Source: a virus
Lineage: Duplodnaviria > Caudoviricetes
Direction: 5' to 3' (one strand)
Virus record (IMG/VR): IMGVR_UViG_3300020045_000177
Span: 1-29,705 of that record
Length of the DNA: 29,705 nucleotides
This document shows positions 9,651-18,988 of the stretch, piece after piece (within the stretch, counting starts at the first letter, position 1; each line of letters starts with the position of its first letter). A program made the translations under genes and the position numbers. The notes under the pieces were generated by a model. The model was not told the origin of the DNA, did not search any database, and was given only the letters and a program-made list of their open reading frames with translations.

Positions 9651-10361
9651 TTATAATGAGCCTGTCCATTGTACACGACAAGCTGGTATAGTTACTGTGC
9701 CAGCGGTAGTACCCGGAACATCTGTTGAGTTTAGTGTTATTGTAGCAGCACTTGACCAGATGTTGTGTCTAGTCTTAGCTCCCTTTGGTATTTTTAATGT
9801 TGCTACAAAAACCACTTGGTCTTCAACACTATTAACAAGTTCCTTAGATCTAGCAGAGTACCTTAAGATACTAAACCCAGATCCTGTATCAAGTTCAGCA
9901 TAAAAATAAATCTTTCGATTACTACCAGCGGCCTGTGCATTCAGAGTCATTGCCATTGTATAAACACCACCATTGACAAATGTAAATTCACCTAAAGCAG
10001 TATCATAAGTAATACCAGATGTAGCCACTGTAGTCATCGCAGCAGGAGCAAATAGAGTTGGTACAAGAGGTAGAGCAGTGCCTGATGTTTGTAGTTCAAT
10101 ATCTAGTTCGTTGCTCATAGCATTAAACTGATCTTGTTTTAAATGGTAGTGCTCACCGGAAGTACCACCCTGCAAACTCTGTAACTGTCCATGATCTCTT
10201 GTAGCAATGTCAGTTATATTAGAACCAGCAAAGTTAATAACATACCAAGGAACAGAGCCATTAGTTGAAATGTAACTACGCAACTGTCGATACCACTCAA
10301 GCCAAGTGAATGATCCGGGCTGGTCATTAATTGGAGGTGGAGGAAGTCCGCCTGTAGCCAT
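9651..10361 (-). CDS. Putative tail needle/plug protein with a C1q/TNF-like C-terminal knob
   Basis: Occupies the gp26 position after the gp10-like gene. N-terminal PPP...WLEWYRQL; HGQLQSLQGGTSGEHYHL; ITYDTALGEFTFVNGGVY resembles the C1q-type YDxxxGxFTxxxxGxY motif. Confidence 0.5.
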   Translation of the reverse strand: MATGGLPPPPINDQPGSFTWLEWYRQLRSYISTNGSVPWYVINFAGSNITDIATRDHGQLQSLQGGTSGEHYHLKQDQFNAMSNELDIELQTSGTALPLVPTLFAPAAMTTVATSGITYDTALGEFTFVNGGVYTMAMTLNAQAAGSNRKIYFYAELDTGSGFSILRYSARSKELVNSVEDQVVFVATLKIPKGAKTRHNIWSSAATITLNSTDVPGTTAGTVTIPACRVQWTGSL

Positions 10362-11815
10362 TATGAAATCCCTGTGTCGTAAGTAACCTCTAGTGCCTCT
10401 AGGCGCAAGGGTTTGTTATCAGCATGTCTAATCCTGAATGCCCTTCGACGGAAGGAACCTAACTGCTGTGTAGCAGGATAGCCATCAGTAAGATCAATCG
10501 TTCTGTCTGTAGCCCAAGTAAGGTAATCATCATTACTCCAAGACAATTGTACCACATTAGAGGTTGAATAGCTATCACCAACAACCATAGCGCTAGGCAT
10601 AAACTTTCTGACATAGGTATCCATGTCATACTTGTTAGTGATAATCTCACAAGAGATAGGATTACCTTCATCTTGATATATTGTTGGATCTAATGTTACG
10701 ATATTTCCATTAGTAAAGCTAAGTAACTTAATCTTACCAGACTGGTTATCAGCAGCATGACCATAACCAAACATGTTGTTAGTGTAAGCAACAGTTGAGG
10801 AAGACCACTCATGCCACATCTTTTCATCAAGATCATAAACAAAGGTACGATTGACAGTAGTTAGATTCAAGACAAAGAACATATGGCCCATTGTGCGAAG
10901 ACCATAACCATGACAATCAGACATATCTACTTCGGTGTCAATAATACGTTCAATGTACTCATCAGAGATTTTCTTAGGTTGGAAACCTTCAATAACCCAC
11001 ACTGCCCTACCACCAGATTCAGACTGTCCAACAAAGATACAGAAGCGTTCATTCTGATAGATACAATAAGGTGCAGCAATACCAATTTGAATAACTGCAC
11101 CATCATTGCGACTTAGTGGAGAACCACTAGCATTAGCAGCATCATAAAAGAACTCAGTTGAACTAGAACCAAAGACAACAAGCTGATTGTTCTGTCTAGC
11201 AAGAGACTTGATAGGATCAGGGAACATCTCAGCAGTGAGATAATCAGTAGCTAACCAAGAGAATGGATCATCAACAACACAGGTATAAACATCACTACCC
11301 TTTGCTACAACAATATAACCGTCAATAAAAGTAGTAACAGGAATGTGTGGTGTAGGGAAATCGGCAGCAGTAATCTTCGTTGCAGTGTAGTCAGTCTTAA
11401 CTACATAAGCCTCAATACCGTCACAGATAAAGAGATAATCACCAATAGAACGTGAGTTACCTAGTGTCGCACCAACAGAAGGAGTGGTTGTAGTCCATGT
11501 GATTTTCACTACAGGATTAGCACCATTCTCATCTACTTGATAAGTAGTATTACCAACAGTGGCATACCACTTACCATTGAAGAACATAATGCTACGCCCT
11601 TCTGCTGGAGACAAGTCTGTTAGCAGTGTAACTCCGGGGCGCTTGTTAGTGCTTATCTTTGTGTTTTCTAATTGCTCAACCTTGCGAGTTTCAGGAAACA
11701 TATTAACAAAGCGTTGGTCTTTGCCTACAGTTGCATCACGGTTAGAGTAAGCACCAACAATGGGAATCCTTACCCGCTGTCGTGCCACTCCCTTCTGACT
11801 TTGTTGTTGTGCCAT
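10361..11815 (-). CDS. Tail hub / packaged-DNA stabilization protein (P22 gp10-like)
   Basis: 484 aa beta-propeller-like protein; QRFVNMFPE, RPG, FIDGYIVV, TAEMFPD, FGSSSTEFF, LSWSNDD...W, LGSFRRRAFRI. Confidence 0.85.
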   Translation of the reverse strand: MAQQQSQKGVARQRVRIPIVGAYSNRDATVGKDQRFVNMFPETRKVEQLENTKISTNKRPGVTLLTDLSPAEGRSIMFFNGKWYATVGNTTYQVDENGANPVVKITWTTTTPSVGATLGNSRSIGDYLFICDGIEAYVVKTDYTATKITAADFPTPHIPVTTFIDGYIVVAKGSDVYTCVVDDPFSWLATDYLTAEMFPDPIKSLARQNNQLVVFGSSSTEFFYDAANASGSPLSRNDGAVIQIGIAAPYCIYQNERFCIFVGQSESGGRAVWVIEGFQPKKISDEYIERIIDTEVDMSDCHGYGLRTMGHMFFVLNLTTVNRTFVYDLDEKMWHEWSSSTVAYTNNMFGYGHAADNQSGKIKLLSFTNGNIVTLDPTIYQDEGNPISCEIITNKYDMDTYVRKFMPSAMVVGDSYSTSNVVQLSWSNDDYLTWATDRTIDLTDGYPATQQLGSFRRRAFRIRHADNKPLRLEALEVTYDTGIS

Positions 11816-13815
11816 TACTTAGCCTTTGTCTTTTTGATTTGTGATATAGTCTTTGCTAAACTTCCAGCAGAAGAACCAACCTTGTTCATACGTTTAACCT
11901 CTGTAGGTGTAGATCCTTTTGGAGCAAAGATATTACCAAGACTTGCCATACCCCCTTGAACAGCGGCTTGTCCCATATTATTACCAAACTTATTGTTGCT
12001 TAGTAGATTAGAAAGTCCTTGCTTTGCTACAGAACCTGTAACATTACCAGCAGTAGCCCCGACATCCTTACCAACAAAGTCTTCTAAGTAACCACCAAAG
12101 CCTTTACCTAATGCACCACCTAAACCAGAAGCTACAGCAGACTTTAAGGAGTCTTTAAAACTAGCACCACCTAACGCAGCAGTACCCCCTGCGGTAGCAG
12201 CAGCAGACAAGCCAGAACCGATCATATTAGCCGTTTCTGCTGTCATACCTGCATCTGTCAAACCACCAGCGGCTGCACCACCAACATAGTCAGCACCAGC
12301 ACCAATAACTTGACCACCAATCCACTGTGGTAATTGATTCTTTAAGCTGTTACTAGCTGTATCGCCAAAACTTGCTCCACCCATCATAGCAGCAGTATTA
12401 GCACCAACATACTTTGCTGTACCCATAGTCCAAGGCACAAACATATCGACAATAGAACCAACACCAGACATGAAGTTAGACAAACCACCAATAGGTCTAG
12501 ATGAAGATTGACTACCAACATTACGAACATACTGGTCATTAGAAGAGAAACCCGGAGAACTGGCTAACTGCTCTGGTGTCAGGAGTACTTGACTGTTTCC
12601 TAGATTACGGGCATTCTGTGACCACCAATCAGGATTGTTTAGGCTACGGTATAGGTTAGAACCACCCTGATCCCACTTCTGAGTTTCAGTTACCTTTGTT
12701 CCTAAGAAACCACCTCTACTAGATTCTTTGCTAGATTCATTCCACTGTGTTTGTAACGGTGTCTCATAACCAGCCATATCAAGGATAGTGCCATAGTTCT
12801 TACCGTCATAAGTAATATCTTTAGAACCAAATAACTTCTGTAGATTACCAGAGATTACATCATTAATTTGATTACCACCAAAAGAACCACGCTCACCTAA
12901 ACTACGGCCAGTGATGCCACCTTGAGTTAGTAGCTGAGACAAATACTCAGACTGTTGCGGCTTGCTTGTACCCATATACTGTGTAAGTTGTGCTTGCTTT
13001 GCAGCCTCTGCTTCTGCTGGAGATAAGTAATCTGTACCACCAAAATTCCAAACATCATAGTCTTGTAAATATGTATTAGGTGTAGACATATTACCAAAAC
13101 CATCGTCAACCGGAGTTCCCGGAATTTCACGTATTCTATCAGCAGCTAATTTATCATAATCTAAACTTCTACTTAGATTACCTACCATTGGATTATAAGG
13201 TAGCTGGTAGTTATCCATACTACCTTGAAAATCTCGGGAAGCAACTCCTTTATTATAATTAACTTTAGAGTTATATTGATTAGCTAAACTACCGGCAAGA
13301 GTCTGTTCATTGGCTAGAGCAATCTTACGCGGATCTGCACCATTACGTCCATAGATGTTACCTAAGTTACCAACACCCTCGTAACGCATAAGGTTATTAG
13401 ATAGCTCTGGGATTAGATTTGCATAAGTAAGATCCATAGAACTCTCTTGACCTAAGTTAGAGAATCCAGCCTTACTTAGTAGATCATTAGAACCTTCAGC
13501 AGTATACGGGTTCGTTGTACCATAATAACCTTCTAGGTTCTGACCACCCTCAACATAACCACCAGCAGTCGCAGGGCCAAATGTATTCTTGGTTGCTTGA
13601 ATCTGTTGTTGTGGTACATTGGATAGTGATACAGGATTGAAACCAGCACCACGAAAACCTGATGCTTGACGTGCAGCCCAGTCTTGACTAGGATCAGTAG
13701 AAGCAACTTGACTGGGAGCACTACGCATTGAGCGCATACGCTCTTGTTGGCTCTGCCCTATGGTACTCTGTAGGGTCTTGTTATATTGTTCAGCTAAGCT
13801 CGATTCTAGGCCCAT
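11815..13815 (-). CDS. Hypothetical virion protein with a long Gly/Ala-rich hydrophobic C-terminal region
   Basis: 666-aa ORF joined to both neighbours by TAATG stop-start overlaps. Confidence 0.55.
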   Translation of the reverse strand: MGLESSLAEQYNKTLQSTIGQSQQERMRSMRSAPSQVASTDPSQDWAARQASGFRGAGFNPVSLSNVPQQQIQATKNTFGPATAGGYVEGGQNLEGYYGTTNPYTAEGSNDLLSKAGFSNLGQESSMDLTYANLIPELSNNLMRYEGVGNLGNIYGRNGADPRKIALANEQTLAGSLANQYNSKVNYNKGVASRDFQGSMDNYQLPYNPMVGNLSRSLDYDKLAADRIREIPGTPVDDGFGNMSTPNTYLQDYDVWNFGGTDYLSPAEAEAAKQAQLTQYMGTSKPQQSEYLSQLLTQGGITGRSLGERGSFGGNQINDVISGNLQKLFGSKDITYDGKNYGTILDMAGYETPLQTQWNESSKESSRGGFLGTKVTETQKWDQGGSNLYRSLNNPDWWSQNARNLGNSQVLLTPEQLASSPGFSSNDQYVRNVGSQSSSRPIGGLSNFMSGVGSIVDMFVPWTMGTAKYVGANTAAMMGGASFGDTASNSLKNQLPQWIGGQVIGAGADYVGGAAAGGLTDAGMTAETANMIGSGLSAAATAGGTAALGGASFKDSLKSAVASGLGGALGKGFGGYLEDFVGKDVGATAGNVTGSVAKQGLSNLLSNNKFGNNMGQAAVQGGMASLGNIFAPKGSTPTEVKRMNKVGSSAGSLAKTISQIKKTKAK

Positions 13816-14528
13816 TACCAGCCCCTAAAGTCACGTTGGAAATATAAACTCCCTTCCTCAGTACCAAAGTCAAGGGCTTCTTTTTTGATTATTGACATCT
13901 CCTGCCACAGCACTTTGCGATCAGCAGCAGGGATACCATACTCAGGAGCAAGGCGTGTAGCAAGACCATAGGTGATTGCGTCGTACCACTCTTGAGGAAA
14001 GTCTGGATTATCCGTACTCGCATCAAAGTCCTCAAATGGACGTTGATAGAATAGAGTGATTGTGTTGGCAGTTTGTTCTACAGTAGAAGGTACTGGGAAG
14101 ACTGACAGAATGCCGTAGTCCCTTTGTGGATCATAGTAGATCTGAATTGGATTACCAGCAGAAGTTTTGTTACCAAGCATGTTGTACTCTTGCTTAGTCA
14201 AAATCCGCATTGGAATATCAACATTACTAGTTACATTGTGGTTGTATGCTTGTTGTACCTTGAGTGGCTTAGGGATATTAACTGCTTTACCCAGACCAAT
14301 CTCATAGTCCTTTGTACCAGCGACAAGAGTTACAGCATAAGACTTTAATGCCCAGAGTGGCATACCATCTGCTTGCCATGCCTTGACTAAACCATTAAGA
14401 GCACTGGCAGCTTCTGTAACTTGCGTGGCTGATGGTGTCTCACCTTGAGCAAGAACACCGATTAAACGCAGTGCTCGTTTGATAATATCATCACGTGTTA
14501 CCGAGAAATCGGTGCTACCTGAAGTCAT
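13815..14528 (-). CDS. Head-to-tail adaptor (P22 gp4-like)
   Basis: TRDDIIKRALRLIGVLAQGETPS...ALNGLVKAW and FPQEWYDAITYGLATRLAPEYG; probable start ATG 14528 (MTSGSTDF) after AGGG. Confidence 0.85.
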   Translation of the reverse strand: MTSGSTDFSVTRDDIIKRALRLIGVLAQGETPSATQVTEAASALNGLVKAWQADGMPLWALKSYAVTLVAGTKDYEIGLGKAVNIPKPLKVQQAYNHNVTSNVDIPMRILTKQEYNMLGNKTSAGNPIQIYYDPQRDYGILSVFPVPSTVEQTANTITLFYQRPFEDFDASTDNPDFPQEWYDAITYGLATRLAPEYGIPAADRKVLWQEMSIIKKEALDFGTEEGSLYFQRDFRGW

Positions 14529-14529
14529 A

Positions 14530-14775
14530 TTAATTTCCCTTAAGTAAGGTGTAAAGTGCAGCAGCGGCAACTGCCGCCCCGCTTACCCATTTGACCGCAC
14601 TGACCAACCAACCCGCCGCTTTCCAAGCAGAGACAAGACCCTCAACATTTACTGTGAGAATGTCAATCTTCTCTTCTAATGTTTTAATGTTCTGTTCTAT
14701 TTCGAGCAAGCGGCGTTCTTCGTATATTTGATGGTCAAGTAAATTCTGATCCTGTTGTCGTCTGTTATCTGTCAT
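14530..14775 (-). CDS. Small coiled-coil protein with a C-terminal hydrophobic segment, holin-like
   Basis: Heptad region (LLEIEQNIKTLEEKIDILTVNVEGL) followed by AWKAAGWLVSAVKWVSGAAVAAAALYTLL; start 14775 or 14787. Confidence 0.5.
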   Translation of the reverse strand: MTDNRRQQDQNLLDHQIYEERRLLEIEQNIKTLEEKIDILTVNVEGLVSAWKAAGWLVSAVKWVSGAAVAAAALYTLLKGN

Positions 14776-14787
14776 AGTATAGTTCAA

Positions 14788-16500
14788 TTAACATCCAATT
14801 GTCTGCCAATAGACATTTATATTCCCATTTGCAGAAAAATTAGTTCCGTCATTTGTTCGTGCGGTTATTTTTATCTGCGACGCTGAGACTATTGTAACCT
14901 CCACATTTACTTTAAATACCGTAGAGGTAATTGACCGAATGCAAACAAATGGCCTATACAATGCCGATCCGCTATGTGGAGATTTTAGGGTTATTGTTGA
15001 TTCAATAAATGCAATGGAAGTCGTAGCAACTAAAGTGACTGATCCGAAATTCGTTATTGGCGCGGAGTTATCGTCAAATTGAGCATCTGTCACGTTATAT
15101 TGACGAACGCTAGCCAAGTTAAAATTATTCTGTCCTAGCTTTATGGTTCCAAAATCTACTGTAGAATCTACTCCATAAGAGTTCTTGTATGTAGCAACAA
15201 GACCACCATCTAGGAGACTGTTTCCTTGTATGAACACAGATCCAGTATAACCACGATCAAGGTATATTCCTATTGCGTTACTAGCTGTTAAACCATGAGC
15301 ATCAATAATGTTGTTATTTAGTATTGATACATTATCCCCTTTGACACTAAGACGAATTGACACACCATAGATTGACTTCAATGTATTGTTCGATACCATG
15401 CAGTTTTCCGCATATCCAATCAGAATCCCCGCATAGGATTTAGTACCGTCACCGTGGCCAATAACTGTATTCCCAGAGATTATTAAATCAGATGTTGATG
15501 TTATGGCTTGTGACGTCCCAATCCCGTGTAAGTACGATCCAACCGTTGTAGCAACAATGGTGTTATTTATAACCTTGATTCGTGTTGCACCTGATAGCGG
15601 ATTACTAAACTCATCGTCGGAGTGTGCAAGCATAATAGCGGCATTTGATGAGCCGCAGTTCTCAATATAGTTGTTCTCAAACGTCAAGTCCTCGCCGCCG
15701 TGACAATCAAGTCCTTCCCAGAATACGTTCTTGATAATATTCCCACGCACAATGCAATGCTTGGTTGTAGGATTGGCTACAATGTCAGCTAAGTTACGTT
15801 GGGATAAATAAATGCCATATGCGTTAGTGCTACCGGGTGTTACATCAATAACTGAATTGTTTTCAATCACTCCATTAAGACCGCTTTGAACTTCAATACC
15901 AGCATAACCAACATCGTGAATTATGTTGTTTGAGATATTAAAGGTATCGACATAAAGTAAAGCCACACCACATCGCCCTGCCGAGTGCATCTTGCAATTG
16001 GTGATTGAGATATTGGTTAGATAGGTTGGCGGAGTTGCGGCAACGGACGACCCCTCGACGCATATCAGCTTTGAGTTACTGCTATATACGCCAGTTGTCG
16101 GGCCACTAAATTCGATACCATCAATGGAAACATCCGAGGATGTTACATAAACCATCTTGAATTGCGTAGGTGCTTGAAACTTTACATCGACGCCATAAAT
16201 CTTGATTGGACTGGTTATTGTTAGTGTTGATGTGATTTTGTACGTACCGGGATTAATGAACAATTTTCCTGATACATATCCGGCATCAATAGCCTCTTGG
16301 ATTGCTAGAGTACTATCTACCACTCCTGTATTATCAACATTAAAGTCTTTAGCAGAAATAGATTCTAAATTCTTTTCTTGTACTGTTCGACTTACACTAG
16401 AACCAGAAAGACCTGTTGCATTATAAACATTATCATTAACATCATTTAACCAAGATGCTACAATTGGAGTTTGACCATTAACAAAAGCCGTTGTTGTCAT
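14788..16500 (-). CDS. Tailspike 1: right-handed beta-helix depolymerase-like receptor-binding protein
   Basis: Anchor RTVQEKNLESISAKDF...DSTLAIQEAID...PGTYKI; many I-x-N-N-x-I beta-helix repeats; C-terminal beta-sandwich ending VYWQTIG. Confidence 0.85.
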   Translation of the reverse strand: MTTTAFVNGQTPIVASWLNDVNDNVYNATGLSGSSVSRTVQEKNLESISAKDFNVDNTGVVDSTLAIQEAIDAGYVSGKLFINPGTYKITSTLTITSPIKIYGVDVKFQAPTQFKMVYVTSSDVSIDGIEFSGPTTGVYSSNSKLICVEGSSVAATPPTYLTNISITNCKMHSAGRCGVALLYVDTFNISNNIIHDVGYAGIEVQSGLNGVIENNSVIDVTPGSTNAYGIYLSQRNLADIVANPTTKHCIVRGNIIKNVFWEGLDCHGGEDLTFENNYIENCGSSNAAIMLAHSDDEFSNPLSGATRIKVINNTIVATTVGSYLHGIGTSQAITSTSDLIISGNTVIGHGDGTKSYAGILIGYAENCMVSNNTLKSIYGVSIRLSVKGDNVSILNNNIIDAHGLTASNAIGIYLDRGYTGSVFIQGNSLLDGGLVATYKNSYGVDSTVDFGTIKLGQNNFNLASVRQYNVTDAQFDDNSAPITNFGSVTLVATTSIAFIESTITLKSPHSGSALYRPFVCIRSITSTVFKVNVEVTIVSASQIKITARTNDGTNFSANGNINVYWQTIGC

Positions 16501-16916
16501 TATAAAATTCCCTGTGTAAATTTACCAGCAATGGCACAACCTGCAATAGCGTGTTCTGCAATAGCACCCTGCATATTTATTGTACAATAGATGTTGATCC
16601 AATCTTGCCAAACAAGATCTTGATCCAGATCTGCTCTAGCACAATCGGCGGTGCCTTGATCCGCTACACCCTGCATTGTCCAGATGGTACAAACACTATC
16701 CGGAACAAATACATTAGGTGGAATTGGACGCTGAAATGGTACTGTGATCTTATCTTGTCTTGCTCTTACGAAGTCCTGAGGATGACGCTGTTCAAAGTCA
16801 TCTTTACAAACAATAAAACCATCCCATCTATGGTAAGTTTCATGTGCCTTGAGTTTCTTTGAACATACATCACAAGTTATGTGAAACCCTCCAGAAACAT
16901 AATAATTCTTAGACAT
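16500..16916 (-). CDS. Cys-rich phage protein: putative Zn-binding N-domain plus two C-terminal Cys repeats
   Basis: CDVC...WDGFIVCKDDFEQRHPQDF; two 21-aa CTI...A....A.CA.A repeats. Confidence 0.65.
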   Translation of the reverse strand: MSKNYYVSGGFHITCDVCSKKLKAHETYHRWDGFIVCKDDFEQRHPQDFVRARQDKITVPFQRPIPPNVFVPDSVCTIWTMQGVADQGTADCARADLDQDLVWQDWINIYCTINMQGAIAEHAIAGCAIAGKFTQGIL

Positions 16917-17662
16917 TATTTATCCCCATCAATACAGAGAACTCTACCATGATCTACGGTTAATGTATTAGAAACACTAGCAGTACCCCACTGTGCTGTG
17001 AGGGTTAGGGATTGTGCTATTGTCGTATTCACAGTAACTGTTGCCCGTGTGTCAGGTGGGTTTGTTATACCATCAATACGAGTTAAAAGATTTACTTGCA
17101 GTGTTCCTGTTGGACCTACACCACGACAAGTACTAACTACTAAAACTTCAAATGCTGTACCTGATGTAATAGCACCACCAGCAATTGGTAATGTGATAAT
17201 AGTAACACCAGCATAAGTTATACGTAAAGTTAGTGTGTTACTATTTGCCTTTCCAATAACACCACGAACTACAATCTCTTCTGATTTACCAACCTCGAGG
17301 TAGTTAGCACCATACGAAGAACTGATAAGTGTAGTTTCTGTTAGTGTGTTTGCAACGGTAAGATTTGTTGTTCTAACACTAGTCGCTTGTACTACAGAAC
17401 GCCGTTTAGCTAAGTTTATAAACTGTAAACTATTACCAATTAATTCCATAGCGCCTTGTACAAACGTTGTCAATCCATTTGGTTGTGTTGTAAACGTCAG
17501 AGGTGCTTGTGTGGTGGTACCGGCATCTAGGACTATATGATTGAGATTTTCGGAAACACTAATAGTAGTGCTATCCAAATCTTCCACAACTATCACACCA
17601 GCACCAGCCACAATCTGTTTAGGCTCTACTGCAACTACGCCTTGTGCGATACTAACTGACAT
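16916..17662 (-). CDS. Putative virion structural protein, Thr/Val-rich and beta-rich
   Basis: 248-aa ORF in the morphogenesis operon; fibre/appendage-like composition; LTLTAQWGTAS. Confidence 0.55.
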   Translation of the reverse strand: MSVSIAQGVVAVEPKQIVAGAGVIVVEDLDSTTISVSENLNHIVLDAGTTTQAPLTFTTQPNGLTTFVQGAMELIGNSLQFINLAKRRSVVQATSVRTTNLTVANTLTETTLISSSYGANYLEVGKSEEIVVRGVIGKANSNTLTLRITYAGVTIITLPIAGGAITSGTAFEVLVVSTCRGVGPTGTLQVNLLTRIDGITNPPDTRATVTVNTTIAQSLTLTAQWGTASVSNTLTVDHGRVLCIDGDK

Positions 17663-17663
17663 A

Positions 17664-18137
17664 TCAAGCCATCACTGAACGAAGTTTAGCTAATTTCTCT
17701 TCATACTCTTTTACCATAACATCAAGACTCTCTTGTGTTGCAGCAAGAGTGGCTTCTTTGATAACAAGAGATTTCTCTCGCTTAGTTAGATCAGCACGAA
17801 CGATAGCAACTTCCTTAGTCTGTGTAGCGAGTTCGCTGACACTCTTTGAGGCTTGCTCTAGTTCTGACTTAGCCTTGGCTTTAAGCTGACCAATAACAAC
17901 GGCATCATCCTCGGCTTGCTTCTCTACAGCATTACGCTTAGTCTCGTAGTCTGCCTCCAGTTTAGCTTCTTTGTCCTGTGCTTGTTTGAGTAGAGTATTA
18001 ATCTCAGAGACTTTACCGACTGTTTCGATAACAGCAGTAAGTCGAGCTTGTTCTTCTTTTAAATTCTGTAGTACCTTTTCGTACTTAGTTGGATTCTTAA
18101 CAAGATCAAGGAAATCGGCAACATCTTGAATATTCAT
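17664..18137 (-). CDS. Coiled-coil hypothetical protein
   Basis: 157 aa with E/K/A-rich heptads over almost the whole length. Confidence 0.6.
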   Translation of the reverse strand: MNIQDVADFLDLVKNPTKYEKVLQNLKEEQARLTAVIETVGKVSEINTLLKQAQDKEAKLEADYETKRNAVEKQAEDDAVVIGQLKAKAKSELEQASKSVSELATQTKEVAIVRADLTKREKSLVIKEATLAATQESLDVMVKEYEEKLAKLRSVMA

Positions 18138-18445
18138 TATCGGAGTCCTTGTAGGATTGTCAAGGTTGTATCACCGGTACCGGCAGTGTTATTAACACGA
18201 ATTGCGCGTACTGGGAAAGCGTAGTTACCATCAGTGTTTGCTGACTTAGTAACCATAGTAGAATGTTTGAATGCAACTGGCGTTACAGAAGGATCAAACA
18301 CATCATCAAATGTATGTTCAATATCGAAGGTAACAGTACCACTAACAACAGCACCTAGACCAACGTTGAAAGGACTTTGTTTATAGTCCATTGGAATCCA
18401 CGCCGTAGTTCCTGTACCAGACTTCTTAATTACTTGTGGGCGCAT
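18137..18445 (-). CDS. Small beta-rich virion protein
   Basis: 102 aa, RBS AAGGA; VTFDIEHTFDD...FPVRAIRVN. Confidence 0.6.
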   Translation of the reverse strand: MRPQVIKKSGTGTTAWIPMDYKQSPFNVGLGAVVSGTVTFDIEHTFDDVFDPSVTPVAFKHSTMVTKSANTDGNYAFPVRAIRVNNTAGTGDTTLTILQGLR

Positions 18446-18460
18446 ATCATTTCCTTAAAT

Positions 18461-18507
18461 AAAAAAATAGGAGGAGTTCTTTGCTTTTGACAATTAACTC
18501 CCCCTAT
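18461..18507 (-). terminator. Rho-independent terminator after the capsid/decoration genes
   Basis: Minus strand ATAGGGGGAGTT-N17-AACTCCTCCTAT-TTTTTT: 12-bp stem with one G-U pair, then a U-tract. Confidence 0.8.
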
Positions 18508-18518
18508 GGGTGTCTAAC

Positions 18519-18923
18519 TTATAGAGCTAGACCTTGTGGTGGGAAAATGTATTCCACCTTAACAATGACTGGTGTGGTTAGTGTTGCACTAGCCTTTAGA
18601 TATACCAGTTTATCTTCTGTTAGTTGAGCACCAACAGATGTACCAGTCTGTGCACCAGAAGTTGCATAGCCTGTTGAGTTTGGTGCAAACGCATCAACCA
18701 GTTCAGCACCACCATTGGTAAAACCAACACTGATTGTCTGAGTAGTATTAGCACCATTACAAATGGTATAAACACCAATAACAACTGCATACTTAGGAAG
18801 ACCGAATGCAGCAAAGCCGGTTGAACCGTCTGCTACTTCCAACTTACCTAGTTTTACATACGGGTCGCGTGCGCTTGGTGTAGTTTGAGTTACACCTGCT
18901 GGACCTACAATACCTACTGCCAT
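18519..18923 (-). CDS. Putative capsid decoration/cement protein
   Basis: 134 aa, beta-rich, immediately downstream of the major capsid gene and upstream of the terminator. Confidence 0.55.
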   Translation of the reverse strand: MAVGIVGPAGVTQTTPSARDPYVKLGKLEVADGSTGFAAFGLPKYAVVIGVYTICNGANTTQTISVGFTNGGAELVDAFAPNSTGYATSGAQTGTSVGAQLTEDKLVYLKASATLTTPVIVKVEYIFPPQGLAL

Positions 18924-18940
18924 AATATCCCCTTAAAGGA

Positions 18941-18980
18941 GTCCCCCGGTCATAGGTTTAGATAACCAAGAGCAGGGGAC
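18941..18980 (-). promoter_or_regulatory. Intergenic mRNA stem-loop after the major capsid gene
   Basis: Minus strand GTCCCCTG...CGGGGGAC outer stem with an inner GGTT-ATCTA-AACC hairpin; no U-tract directly after the stem. Confidence 0.55.
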
Positions 18981-18988
18981 ATTGTTAC

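Noticed and set aside
14529-14570. Upstream extension of the gp4-like ORF (likewise portal 24305-24322)
   Set aside because: The extensions overlap the upstream genes; the downstream ATGs at 14528 and 24304 follow the upstream stops closely and have RBS-like sequences.
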